This document shows, piece after piece, positions 56,035 through 64,000 of a DNA stretch of 64,000 nucleotides. The position numbers and the translations under genes are program-made. This DNA is from a virus, in the IMG/VR virus record IMGVR_UViG_3300021961_000020, one strand, 5' to 3'. Each line of letters starts with the position of its first letter. The first letter of the stretch is position 1. The notes below the pieces were generated by a model. That model had not been told where the DNA came from. It did not search any database and saw only the letters and a list, made by a program, of their open reading frames with translations.

Positions 56035-56162
56035 TTTGCCTCCTTAACAAACTTGATGCCACGATAGGCTTCGTTGTATGCTTGAGGTTGCTGCTGTTGT
56101 TGCTGTTGCTCACGACGCTCTACAGTGTCGTAAGATTGTCCACGATAAACGACTTTAGACAT
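56031..56162 (-). CDS. DUF4278-like peptide (43 aa, two YRG motifs)
   Basis: Read by hand: MSKVVYRGQSYDTVERREQQQQQQQPQAYNEAYRGIKFVKEAK*; AGGAG RBS. Confidence 0.8.
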   Translation of the reverse strand: MSKVVYRGQSYDTVERREQQQQQQQPQAYNEAYRGIKFVKEAK

Positions 56163-56198
56163 TGGATTACTCCTGAAATACTAAGGTTAGTTAAAACC

Positions 56199-56471
56199 CG
56201 TTCCTTCAGTCGTTTGCGTCCTTGTTATCGAAACATGCTGGGTCTGTATGATTCATCCAGTGAAGGATGAGGTGAGACTTTTCAGTAGGAGTGAAAAGAG
56301 TTGACTCTTCCAATCCCTGCTTTAACCACTTGTAGTCATCACATCTAAGGAAATCCTCAGGAGGAACATGACTAAAAAAGATCAAAGCGAGTGATAACAT
56401 AGGATGAACGCTCCGTTCCGCGACTTACTTGCGTCTCATTCGCTATTCGCAAACAGCGAATGGGATGAACG
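56199..56471 (-). ncRNA. Tandem glutamine-riboswitch-like RNA (glnA/Downstream-peptide classes)
   Basis: Two CGUUCAUC...GACGCAA...GGAACGG units (56471-56414 and 56410-56199), each with a CGUUC/GAACG P1 and a P2 stem. Confidence 0.7.
56206..56400 (-). CDS. Hypothetical 64-aa protein nested in the second aptamer
   Basis: Open frame from the ATG in the P2 5' arm to TGA in the aptamer core. Confidence 0.55.
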   Translation of the reverse strand: MLSLALIFFSHVPPEDFLRCDDYKWLKQGLEESTLFTPTEKSHLILHWMNHTDPACFDNKDAND

Positions 56472-56479
56472 ACAGGTCC

Positions 56480-56509
56480 ATTATAGACCATCTACATGTA
56501 TATAGTCAA
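56480..56509 (-). promoter_or_regulatory. Sigma70 promoter TTGACT-N18-TATAAT
   Basis: Predicted start site ~56473, immediately before aptamer 1. Confidence 0.8.
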
Positions 56510-56542
56510 GTTCTTTTGTAAAATATGATACAATTTTAAAAA

Positions 56543-56600
56543 ACCTTTAGGATCAAAAAATACCTGGGATTTTTTTTCCCGATATTTTGAACCTAAAGGT
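56543..56600. repeat. Imperfect inverted repeat ACCTTTAGG...CCTAAAGGT
   Basis: 9-bp perfect outer arms plus TCAAAA/TTTTGA inner arms. Confidence 0.7.
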
Positions 56601-56618
56601 CGATTTTGGTTTGGAGTG

Positions 56619-56867
56619 TTACTTTTTCTTTGGTGGGTTCCAAAGTTTTGGATTACTTCTACCTTCTGTTTGTGTAAAAGTGATTAGACCTTCCCTGTAC
56701 TTGTCCCAGTAATGATCAAACAGTTCCACTTTTTTATTGCATATTGCAATGTCAAATTTTCTATGCCCTTCCTCATCATAGTATTCAACAAGATAAGCGG
56801 TGCATGGAAGAGATCTGTCTTCAGCAAGACTTGGATCACAATCTTTGTGGATTATCTTAATCTTCAA
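56619..56867 (-). CDS. Conserved hypothetical protein
   Basis: ORF. Confidence 0.75.
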   Translation of the reverse strand: MKIKIIHKDCDPSLAEDRSLPCTAYLVEYYDEEGHRKFDIAICNKKVELFDHYWDKYREGLITFTQTEGRSNPKLWNPPKKK

Positions 56868-57322
56868 TTACGACCACCCCACTGAACATCGGGGTATGCC
56901 TCTTTTACAACATTATGGGTGATACGATACTTCTTACCCAGATTTTTGTCTTTCACCAGACAAATAATTTCTGCTTCATCGGGATGAAGAGACTCAAGAA
57001 GTTCGATAAACAGTGCCTCTCTACGAGTCTGTTTCAGAGTGTCATTGCCACCCCTCACATAGTTGTACAGGGTGCGATACTGACTTGCCAGTTTGCTTTG
57101 TGCCTCTGGAGTAGGTGCATCGTTTGGTCTGAAAGGAACCTCCCCTTCAGGAAGAGCACTCTTGATGCTCTCATCAAAGTTCCAAACAAAAAGGGCAACC
57201 AAAGCAGGTGACCTGTGCTCTTGGAGCAGTTTGATCTTTTCTGGTTTAGTCTTGGCGCTAGATACCGCTTGAAGGATTTCGGATTGAAGCGGATGGGGTG
57301 GCAATTTGCTCATGATTTTCAA
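56864..57322 (-). CDS. Conserved myophage hypothetical protein
   Basis: LPEG..P, RRE.LFIELLESLHP.EA motif. Confidence 0.8.
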   Translation of the reverse strand: MKIMSKLPPHPLQSEILQAVSSAKTKPEKIKLLQEHRSPALVALFVWNFDESIKSALPEGEVPFRPNDAPTPEAQSKLASQYRTLYNYVRGGNDTLKQTRREALFIELLESLHPDEAEIICLVKDKNLGKKYRITHNVVKEAYPDVQWGGRN

Positions 57323-57329
57323 TTAGTAA

Positions 57330-57557
57330 TTACTCGTCTTCGTAGTCGTCGTCAGTGTTTTCAAAACGGAAGGCAATTAAAGAGTCGGGGAGAATGTTTC
57401 CATTTTCATCATACATCTCTGGATGTAGATCTTGGGTGGGTCCATGTCTATCGTGATGATACATCATGTACTCTCTGAGTACCCATCCTAGCATACAACC
57501 AACAATTAGGGCACCCATCACAAGGAATGACCCTACAACTAAACTGACAGCCAGCAT
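57330..57557 (-). CDS. Small membrane protein
   Basis: N-terminal hydrophobic helix, HPEM.DENG motif. Confidence 0.75.
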   Translation of the reverse strand: MLAVSLVVGSFLVMGALIVGCMLGWVLREYMMYHHDRHGPTQDLHPEMYDENGNILPDSLIAFRFENTDDDYEDE

Positions 57558-57568
57558 TTTTATTCTCC

Positions 57569-57760
57569 TTAAGGGTTGTCGTCTTTTCTTACATCCAGAG
57601 AAAATTCTAGATAAAGATGGACTTCCCTCCTGAGGAAGCGAACCATCTTTCCGAAAATTAACTGGAAAGTTTTTGGTTTGTCCTTCCTCTTACCTCCATT
57701 AAGAATAAATTCAACACCACGATTTGTGTGGATATCATTATTTAGTGATTCATCAGACAA
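57569..57760 (-). CDS. Hypothetical protein
   Basis: ORF. Confidence 0.65.
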   Translation of the reverse strand: MSDESLNNDIHTNRGVEFILNGGKRKDKPKTFQLIFGKMVRFLRREVHLYLEFSLDVRKDDNP

Positions 57761-57983
57761 GATTCTGCTCTCTAAAATATGCTACTGTTTCGGCAGCACC
57801 ACCGATGTGTTTTTCATTGTGAACCACTTGAGGGAAGTACTTCGTGTTGAATTCTGCAGTGAATTCATCGATAGTAAAGTCCTCATTGAGAGTGTAGATC
57901 ACATGCTCCTGGTTAGTAATTTCCATGAGCTCTTTCACCTTTCTGCAATACCCGCATCCAGGCATCGAGTATATTGTAAACAT
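57753..57983 (-). CDS. nrdC: Glutaredoxin (NrdC/NrdH-like)
   Basis: CGYC active site, FPQV, HIGG. Confidence 0.85.
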   Translation of the reverse strand: MFTIYSMPGCGYCRKVKELMEITNQEHVIYTLNEDFTIDEFTAEFNTKYFPQVVHNEKHIGGAAETVAYFREQNLV

Positions 57984-58003
57984 AATTGGTTAAACTGTCA
58001 AGT

Positions 58004-61000
58004 TCAAATATATGTAGGTTCTCCGTCCTGACCACCGTAGGTAACGATGCTGAGTTCTCCAAGATCTTCGAGGGCGGGGATACTATTATACACCCTCATG
58101 GTGAATCCGTTAACAGTTCTGTCACTGATTCTTAACTCAACGATACCGCCTGGGAATGCATTGATGCCACTTCCGATACCGATGACTGCATAGTCTGTAT
58201 CATTCATAGGATCAGCAAAGTTCACGGTGTAAATTCCAGTCGAAGTTTGAACAAGAGAACTGATGTTGTGGGAACGATCACCAGGAGTGTAGTCGTTGTT
58301 ACCAACACCCAGATTGCTGTTCATGTACCAGGAGGTAGCACGACCTTCAAACATTTGAGTATAGGTGCAAGTCTTAAGACCAGACAGGTTCTTGAACTCA
58401 CCGACTCTATTTACCTTGTGGAAATCATGGTTAAAGACCTGAACCGAGTTACCCATGTAACCCATTGTGGTTCCGATACCAGCACCATAGTACAGAAGTT
58501 GAGGAGTATTCTCAGTGACGGTGATTTCAGTATAACTTCCAGTCTCAGTTACATTGTCACTAAACTGGTTGGGAGATGTTGTACCAAAACCAACGCCGAG
58601 ACCATCAGGGGAATAGTAGAATCTGATCGGGAAGTTTGCTTGCTGCGCAGCATTCTCAAAACGATATACTTGACCGACTTCAAACCTCAAGTAAGGTGCT
58701 TCATAACCTTGGATGTTGATGGTGGAATCAGATCCAACACCAATGTAACGATGTCTAGAAGACTTTGTACCGAAAGTAACAGGCAGAGGCAGGTACGGAA
58801 GTCTAGACTCTGTGTAGAGGTTCTTAGCGGTGTCTGCTGCACCCGTCAGTGCGGAGAAACTAGAAACAGAAGCAAAGTTAGCATTCAATGCTTGAGTTGC
58901 AACGCCAGCGAACGATGCAAAGGTAGCAAGTCCAGCAACAACTGCCTCAGAAGCAATGCCAGCAAGAGTAGCACGAGGAACTTCATCGACTGCAATGGTA
59001 ACGATACCTGCAGAAACGGAAGAAACTGTAAGAGGACTGGTAAAGTTAATTGTACCAGCAGTACCAACTAAAGATCCATCTTCATTTACAATTACGCCAG
59101 ATCCAGCAGCAACAATGTTGGTTAACTGAGATCCATCTCCAATGAATCTAGGAGCGGTTACATCATTGTAAACTGTAATAGTTGCATTTGTAGAAATTCC
59201 AAGTGCCAATGAAGCCTGAGTTGCAGAATTTGCAAGCAAAGCATTAGTGGCAGATTGAGCATTTGTTGCAAGACCAGCAACAGTAGCGTAATCGGAATAA
59301 GTTGCTCTCTCGGGGATAAAGGATGGATCAAGATTGAGAGCGGTAGTAGCAAGACTTACCGAATCTGGACCAGTAATTGTGACAATACCAGCAGAGATTG
59401 GAGAAACTGTTAACTGACTTCCAAAATCAATTGTAGAAGCAGCACCAATAACAGAACCACTATCAAGAACCTCAACACCAGCACCGATAGCAGTGACTCC
59501 AGTCAGACCAGAACCATCACCGAAGAATTGTGCTGCAGTAATAATACCAGCTGTATTGACGCTAGCGACTGTGCCAACTCCACTAGGACCATCGTCAGCA
59601 GGTTTAGAGTATGCAACGAAAGAAACATTGGGTCTAGATGCTCTAATAAAGAGAGTCTGTCCAGTAGAAATACCAATGTTATCTACTTTAAAATCTTGAA
59701 GTGGTTGCAGACGAACACCGAAGACAATAAAGTCGGACGGTTTTACACTAGTGATGTCTCCAGATGCGATACCAACAGAAACAGCAGTCGGAGTATCGCC
59801 CCTGTTCGTGGCATGAACTGTTGCTAAACTGTTCTCAGTGGCATCAAGAATGGTCAATTCTCTATTGACATTGTTCGGGGGATCGTAACTAGAAGTCAAA
59901 GACTTGCTACGACCATGAACGAGAGCAGAATCTGCGGAAGTATTTCTAAAGAACTTAGTTGTATATGCAGAGAAGTTAATGCCAGGATCAAAAGAGTTGA
60001 CGAAGATCTTATCGCCAGGTTTCATTGCAATGTTTTCAAGATGAGTTGCCTGACCAGGAACAATCTCAATACCATAAGCAATGTAATCGCTGTCTAAGAA
60101 TCCAAAAGAACTAGAGAGTCCAACAGAATAGTTCGACTTAAGATTTGTTTTATTAGAAACAGTAACGGTAACCTCTACGAGTTCTGGTGCTTCAAAGAGA
60201 AGCACGGGAGTTACAACTCCACCTTGAAGACTCGTGACAAGATTTCTAGTTCTACCGAAAACATTATTATCAAATTGTAAAGTAGAAACTGTACGAGTAG
60301 GAGACCAATCAGAGGTACTTTCTACTAAAGAAGATCCATCGGCGTTACTTACATGTCTTACTCTGATGTAATAAGTTACTCCATAAAGAAGTGTTGCCTG
60401 TACTGTCTGTGTTTCAGCAGTACTGTTTTCTCCAACGGAGGACCAAACAGTGCTAGAGAAAGCAGGATCTTCAGATACTTCAAACTCGATTGCTTTAAGT
60501 GTACCCGATGCAGAAACTCCATTAAGAGGAGAATACGCACTAGATCTGAGGACAACGCCAGTAACATTATCAAGAACTATTCCTTCTATTGGATTTAAAA
60601 CTGTTGGTTGTATCGCACCAAATGCAGGGATATTAGTTCTAAACGAAGAAATACCAGAGAACTCAGATGTGTACGAAGTAAATGATGCGCCGTCAGCGTT
60701 AGAAATATGCTGAACCCTTACATAATAAGTTTGAGCGGAAGAAAGATCTACCTCTTGTACGATTTGAGTGTTATTGGTAGGAGTATCATAAACAATATTG
60801 TTAAAGGAAGAATCTGTAGAAACTTGGAATCTTACCTTCTTCAAGGTTCCAGATTCATATGCACCACCGACAGGAGTATATGCACTGGAAGTAAGAGCGA
60901 TACCAGCCCTGAATACACCATCGCTAGCAACACCAACAATGCTAGGAGTGCTAATGCCGCCAGCAGTTGTTCCAATCGCTGCAGTTGGATTTAGATATGC

Positions 61001-62953
61001 TTGATTAGTAGGAGCATTGCCAAGGTTATATACCTGCGTGTGGAACAGGTAATTTGTCTCTGGGTACTGAGCATAAGGATATTGATCCCAAAGAGTTGCA
61101 GATGCATTTCTACTTCCACCATCTCCAGTGACTGTACTCAACCAGTTCTTAACATCCCTAGAAGTAGCACTGGGGAATCTTTGCAGATAACATGCGAGTA
61201 AACCTGCAACTACAGGAGAAGCGGCGGATGTTCCGTTGAAGTATGCATCGTAATGGTTGTAACCATACTCAGCAAAAGAATTGTATCTATAGTAATCTTG
61301 GTATCCAGAGGTAGGAGATCCTGCTGCAAGCATGTCATCGGCAGGAGCCCACACATCGATGCCAGGACCGTAGTTGGAGTAAGATGCCTTTCTTTCTTTC
61401 GGTCCACTATTATACTGAACATAATCATCAAGAGCACCAACAGTAATAACAGGATAGAACTCATCGTATCCAGTAATAACTGGAACAAGTGGATCACTAT
61501 CATCAATAATTGGAGTAGCAGTGTATCCGACACCCATCGGATTCATCCACTCCTTGCTTCCCATCGGGCACATATATTGCCCATAGTTGGTAAACTCAGG
61601 GCGAGTATCTCTGACAAAGTACCATCTATCGTCGCAAGCATCAAGTCTAGAAGGATCATCAGTACCAACACCAATTCTCTGGTCATTGTTACCAGCAGCA
61701 CAAACATGGATGACTCCTTCATCCATCATTTCTTTTCCTGCTGCATCAATTGCTGCACTTCTAGCAGAAGATGTCCAAGAACGATATGCTCCGCTAACTT
61801 GGTTGTTGAAACCATAGACTACAGTTCTAGCATCAATAGGATTGGTGGGATAACCGTAGTTAAAGTAGAGATAGTTTTGTGTTCCTCTCCACCTAGTATA
61901 GTGACTATTATATGCTCTAGCAGCAGCTTGATAACCCCAACTACTATTAACGATCGTTGGTTTCTTTACTCCAAGAGTAGGATCTACTGGTTTATGTCTG
62001 TGGAATAATTTAACCAGATCATAAGCTTCTTCTTGACCAAGACCAACATTACCAGATACTGTAGGTACGGACCAAATGAGTGACTTAAATGCTAAACCAA
62101 ATGCCTTACCTGCAGCAACAGAGGCAGCAGCAGTACCATGACCACTAGTTAAGTTTACATAAGAACTTCTGCCCATACCTGCTCTATCAGCAGTGTAAGA
62201 ACCATTATTGATATTAACTGTACCGATGCTTGCAAACTGGGAGGATCTTTGTGAAGAAAATTCCCACCACTCAATCGCCTTATCGGTGGCAATACCAGTG
62301 ACTCCATCCCATCTAGTGTAGGTATAGTTATTGGTTACGGTAAACCAAGTAGGGTCGATGAGCAGAGGACCATCAAGAACAATGTCTCTTACTCTGCTTG
62401 TTCCATCATCATTTCTAAACTCTGGGTGTGCCGCGAAAACACCAGAGTCCATGACAACAATGTCAACATTGCTGCCATCGTAGACATACTCATAGGCAAC
62501 TCCATCAGGACTGATCTGTTGAGGAGCGATGTACCCATAAATGTTATTGGGATGAGCATCTCCATAAGTGGAGAATCCAGTTCTATATACACCCCAGTTT
62601 GTTCTATTAACTTCCCCAATGGTGCTACCAATACTGGTAATATATCGATATGTCTTTACTTTATCTCCACCAAATCTATCCTGAACAGTGGCATGAACAG
62701 GTTCAGGATACAACTCGGGGTTATCCCTATGAGACAACTCAATCCATGCAATATCAGGATGATTGGCAAGTGTATCTGCTTCCTCTTCCGTTAACTCGTA
62801 AGTAGAACGAGTTGGACTATGATCTTTTGAGTTAGTGCAGCAGACATGACGATCAGGTACACATTCCTCACATGAAGAGAAGGTGAGGAGATTATGAATT
62901 CTATGCCATGCTTCAGGGCTGGTTGCACTAATGGTATATCTCTTGAGAGTCAT
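58004..62953 (-). CDS. Subtilisin (S8) serine protease fused to fibre-like domains
   Basis: VMDSG, GHGT, AAGN and GTSAASP motifs; downstream repeats and fibre-like C-terminus. Confidence 0.88.
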   Translation of the reverse strand: MTLKRYTISATSPEAWHRIHNLLTFSSCEECVPDRHVCCTNSKDHSPTRSTYELTEEEADTLANHPDIAWIELSHRDNPELYPEPVHATVQDRFGGDKVKTYRYITSIGSTIGEVNRTNWGVYRTGFSTYGDAHPNNIYGYIAPQQISPDGVAYEYVYDGSNVDIVVMDSGVFAAHPEFRNDDGTSRVRDIVLDGPLLIDPTWFTVTNNYTYTRWDGVTGIATDKAIEWWEFSSQRSSQFASIGTVNINNGSYTADRAGMGRSSYVNLTSGHGTAAASVAAGKAFGLAFKSLIWSVPTVSGNVGLGQEEAYDLVKLFHRHKPVDPTLGVKKPTIVNSSWGYQAAARAYNSHYTRWRGTQNYLYFNYGYPTNPIDARTVVYGFNNQVSGAYRSWTSSARSAAIDAAGKEMMDEGVIHVCAAGNNDQRIGVGTDDPSRLDACDDRWYFVRDTRPEFTNYGQYMCPMGSKEWMNPMGVGYTATPIIDDSDPLVPVITGYDEFYPVITVGALDDYVQYNSGPKERKASYSNYGPGIDVWAPADDMLAAGSPTSGYQDYYRYNSFAEYGYNHYDAYFNGTSAASPVVAGLLACYLQRFPSATSRDVKNWLSTVTGDGGSRNASATLWDQYPYAQYPETNYLFHTQVYNLGNAPTNQAYLNPTAAIGTTAGGISTPSIVGVASDGVFRAGIALTSSAYTPVGGAYESGTLKKVRFQVSTDSSFNNIVYDTPTNNTQIVQEVDLSSAQTYYVRVQHISNADGASFTSYTSEFSGISSFRTNIPAFGAIQPTVLNPIEGIVLDNVTGVVLRSSAYSPLNGVSASGTLKAIEFEVSEDPAFSSTVWSSVGENSTAETQTVQATLLYGVTYYIRVRHVSNADGSSLVESTSDWSPTRTVSTLQFDNNVFGRTRNLVTSLQGGVVTPVLLFEAPELVEVTVTVSNKTNLKSNYSVGLSSSFGFLDSDYIAYGIEIVPGQATHLENIAMKPGDKIFVNSFDPGINFSAYTTKFFRNTSADSALVHGRSKSLTSSYDPPNNVNRELTILDATENSLATVHATNRGDTPTAVSVGIASGDITSVKPSDFIVFGVRLQPLQDFKVDNIGISTGQTLFIRASRPNVSFVAYSKPADDGPSGVGTVASVNTAGIITAAQFFGDGSGLTGVTAIGAGVEVLDSGSVIGAASTIDFGSQLTVSPISAGIVTITGPDSVSLATTALNLDPSFIPERATYSDYATVAGLATNAQSATNALLANSATQASLALGISTNATITVYNDVTAPRFIGDGSQLTNIVAAGSGVIVNEDGSLVGTAGTINFTSPLTVSSVSAGIVTIAVDEVPRATLAGIASEAVVAGLATFASFAGVATQALNANFASVSSFSALTGAADTAKNLYTESRLPYLPLPVTFGTKSSRHRYIGVGSDSTINIQGYEAPYLRFEVGQVYRFENAAQQANFPIRFYYSPDGLGVGFGTTSPNQFSDNVTETGSYTEITVTENTPQLLYYGAGIGTTMGYMGNSVQVFNHDFHKVNRVGEFKNLSGLKTCTYTQMFEGRATSWYMNSNLGVGNNDYTPGDRSHNISSLVQTSTGIYTVNFADPMNDTDYAVIGIGSGINAFPGGIVELRISDRTVNGFTMRVYNSIPALEDLGELSIVTYGGQDGEPTYI

Positions 62954-63024
62954 GTCTGCGACACTATAAGGGCACCTTTTTTATATTTAGGTATGGTAGA
63001 ATATATAGTAAAAAGAGTCTTGCT

Positions 63025-63816
63025 ATGAACATCGTCACTGGTGCCAACGGTTTTATTGGCAAACACTTTGTCAAATCTATGGACAATGTGTTGGAAATTG
63101 ATCTCGATAATTGCGAAGAATTTCTAGAGCGTTTCACCCGTTGGGAAGATGTGGATATGATTATCCATATGGGAGCATTGTCATCCACAACGGAGAAGAA
63201 TGTTGGAATGATCTACAAATATAATATTGATTATAGCATTAGACTTTTTGAGAAAGCAATCAAGCATGGCATCCCTGTGAAGTATGCCTCGTCTGCTTCA
63301 GTGTATGGTAACCAAGATGGTGTTATCAATCCTCTTAATTATTATGCCCTGTCTAAGATTACTGTGGACTATTGGGTGAAAGAAAACATGGACCGTTTCT
63401 CTCATGTGCAGGGGTTCAGATTCTTTAATGTGTATGGCAGCGGAGAGACCCACAAGGGCGATCAGGCAAGTCTTGTAAGCAAGTTTAACTGGCAGTCCCA
63501 AACAGGTAGGATCCACCCCTTTGCAGACTCTTCTAAGGTGTGGAGAGACTATGTATGGGTGGGAGATATTGTTAATGTTGTTCTGTCTAACAATGCGGGC
63601 AGCGGTATCTTTGATCTTGGTACTGGCGAACCCATCACCATCCAAATGGTTGCGGATTTGATTGCACAAAAAACAAAGGCTGTAGTGGAAGAAGTTCCCT
63701 TTCCACCCAACCTTATCGGCAAGTATCAGTTTTACACCAAGGCAGACATGTCCTGGTTAGATTATAAGTTTAAGACAGTAGAAGAATATGTCAATCGCCA
63801 GCGTGAATTCGAATAG
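63025..63816 (+). CDS. hldD: ADP-L-glycero-D-manno-heptose 6-epimerase-like SDR
   Basis: TGANGFIG, H.GA.SSTTE, YASSASVYG, YALSK, RFFNVYG, YQFYT.AD. Confidence 0.85.
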   Translation: MNIVTGANGFIGKHFVKSMDNVLEIDLDNCEEFLERFTRWEDVDMIIHMGALSSTTEKNVGMIYKYNIDYSIRLFEKAIKHGIPVKYASSASVYGNQDGVINPLNYYALSKITVDYWVKENMDRFSHVQGFRFFNVYGSGETHKGDQASLVSKFNWQSQTGRIHPFADSSKVWRDYVWVGDIVNVVLSNNAGSGIFDLGTGEPITIQMVADLIAQKTKAVVEEVPFPPNLIGKYQFYTKADMSWLDYKFKTVEEYVNRQREFE

Positions 63817-64000
63817 AATCTGAGTCAAAGTGTTGCGTTGAGAACTCAAACAATTCGGAGTCTTCCAACGCAACCATCTGATGTCTGAGACCTACAGGAA
63901 TATGAAACTTATCTCCTGGTTCTAGAACCAGAGTCTCAGCATCTTCAAGACCGTCCACCTCTCCATAGAACAATAAGATGAGACCACTTTGTAAGTAAAA
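63791..64000 (-). CDS. Cupin-domain protein (partial, starts beyond window end)
   Basis: FYLQSG...L.PGDKFHIP.GLRHQM.ALEDSELFEFST. Confidence 0.8.
   Translation of the reverse strand, partial: FYLQSGLILLFYGEVDGLEDAETLVLEPGDKFHIPVGLRHQMVALEDSELFEFSTQHFDSDSIRIHAGD

Noticed and set aside
58247-59071. 274-aa plus-strand ORF and similar ORFs opposite the large fibre and protease genes
   Set aside because: Antisense shadows without start signals or motifs

Overview
This window is part of the genome of a T4-like marine cyanomyovirus (Kyanoviridae-type). The assignment rests on recognisable gp2/4/5/6/7/25/26/32/33/48/51/53 homologues plus cp12, phoH, thyX and a DUF4278-type peptide. Most genes are on the minus strand. 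In order along the window: baseplate wedge genes (1-3.2 kb); small conserved ORFs; a ~520-bp non-coding, origin-like region (5.9-6.4 kb); a hyperplastic early region of tiny ORFs punctuated by a repeated palindrome-plus-minus-10 cassette (6.4-21 kb); a tail fibre/adhesin locus (21.5-31.2 kb); a convergent cluster of exported or membrane proteins; tRNA-Leu(TAA); the gp5/cp12/baseplate hub and head-completion block; carbamoyltransferase, gp32, gp33, exonuclease, phoH and thyX; a riboswitch-led micro-operon (55.7-56.5 kb); glutaredoxin; a 1649-aa subtilisin-fibre fusion; and a heptose epimerase. The most striking element is a tandem glutamine-riboswitch-like RNA whose second aptamer encloses a whole 64-codon ORF in its P2 loop, upstream of YRG-motif (DUF4278/GS-inactivating-factor-like) peptides. 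All family assignments come from motif recognition by eye, without database searches.
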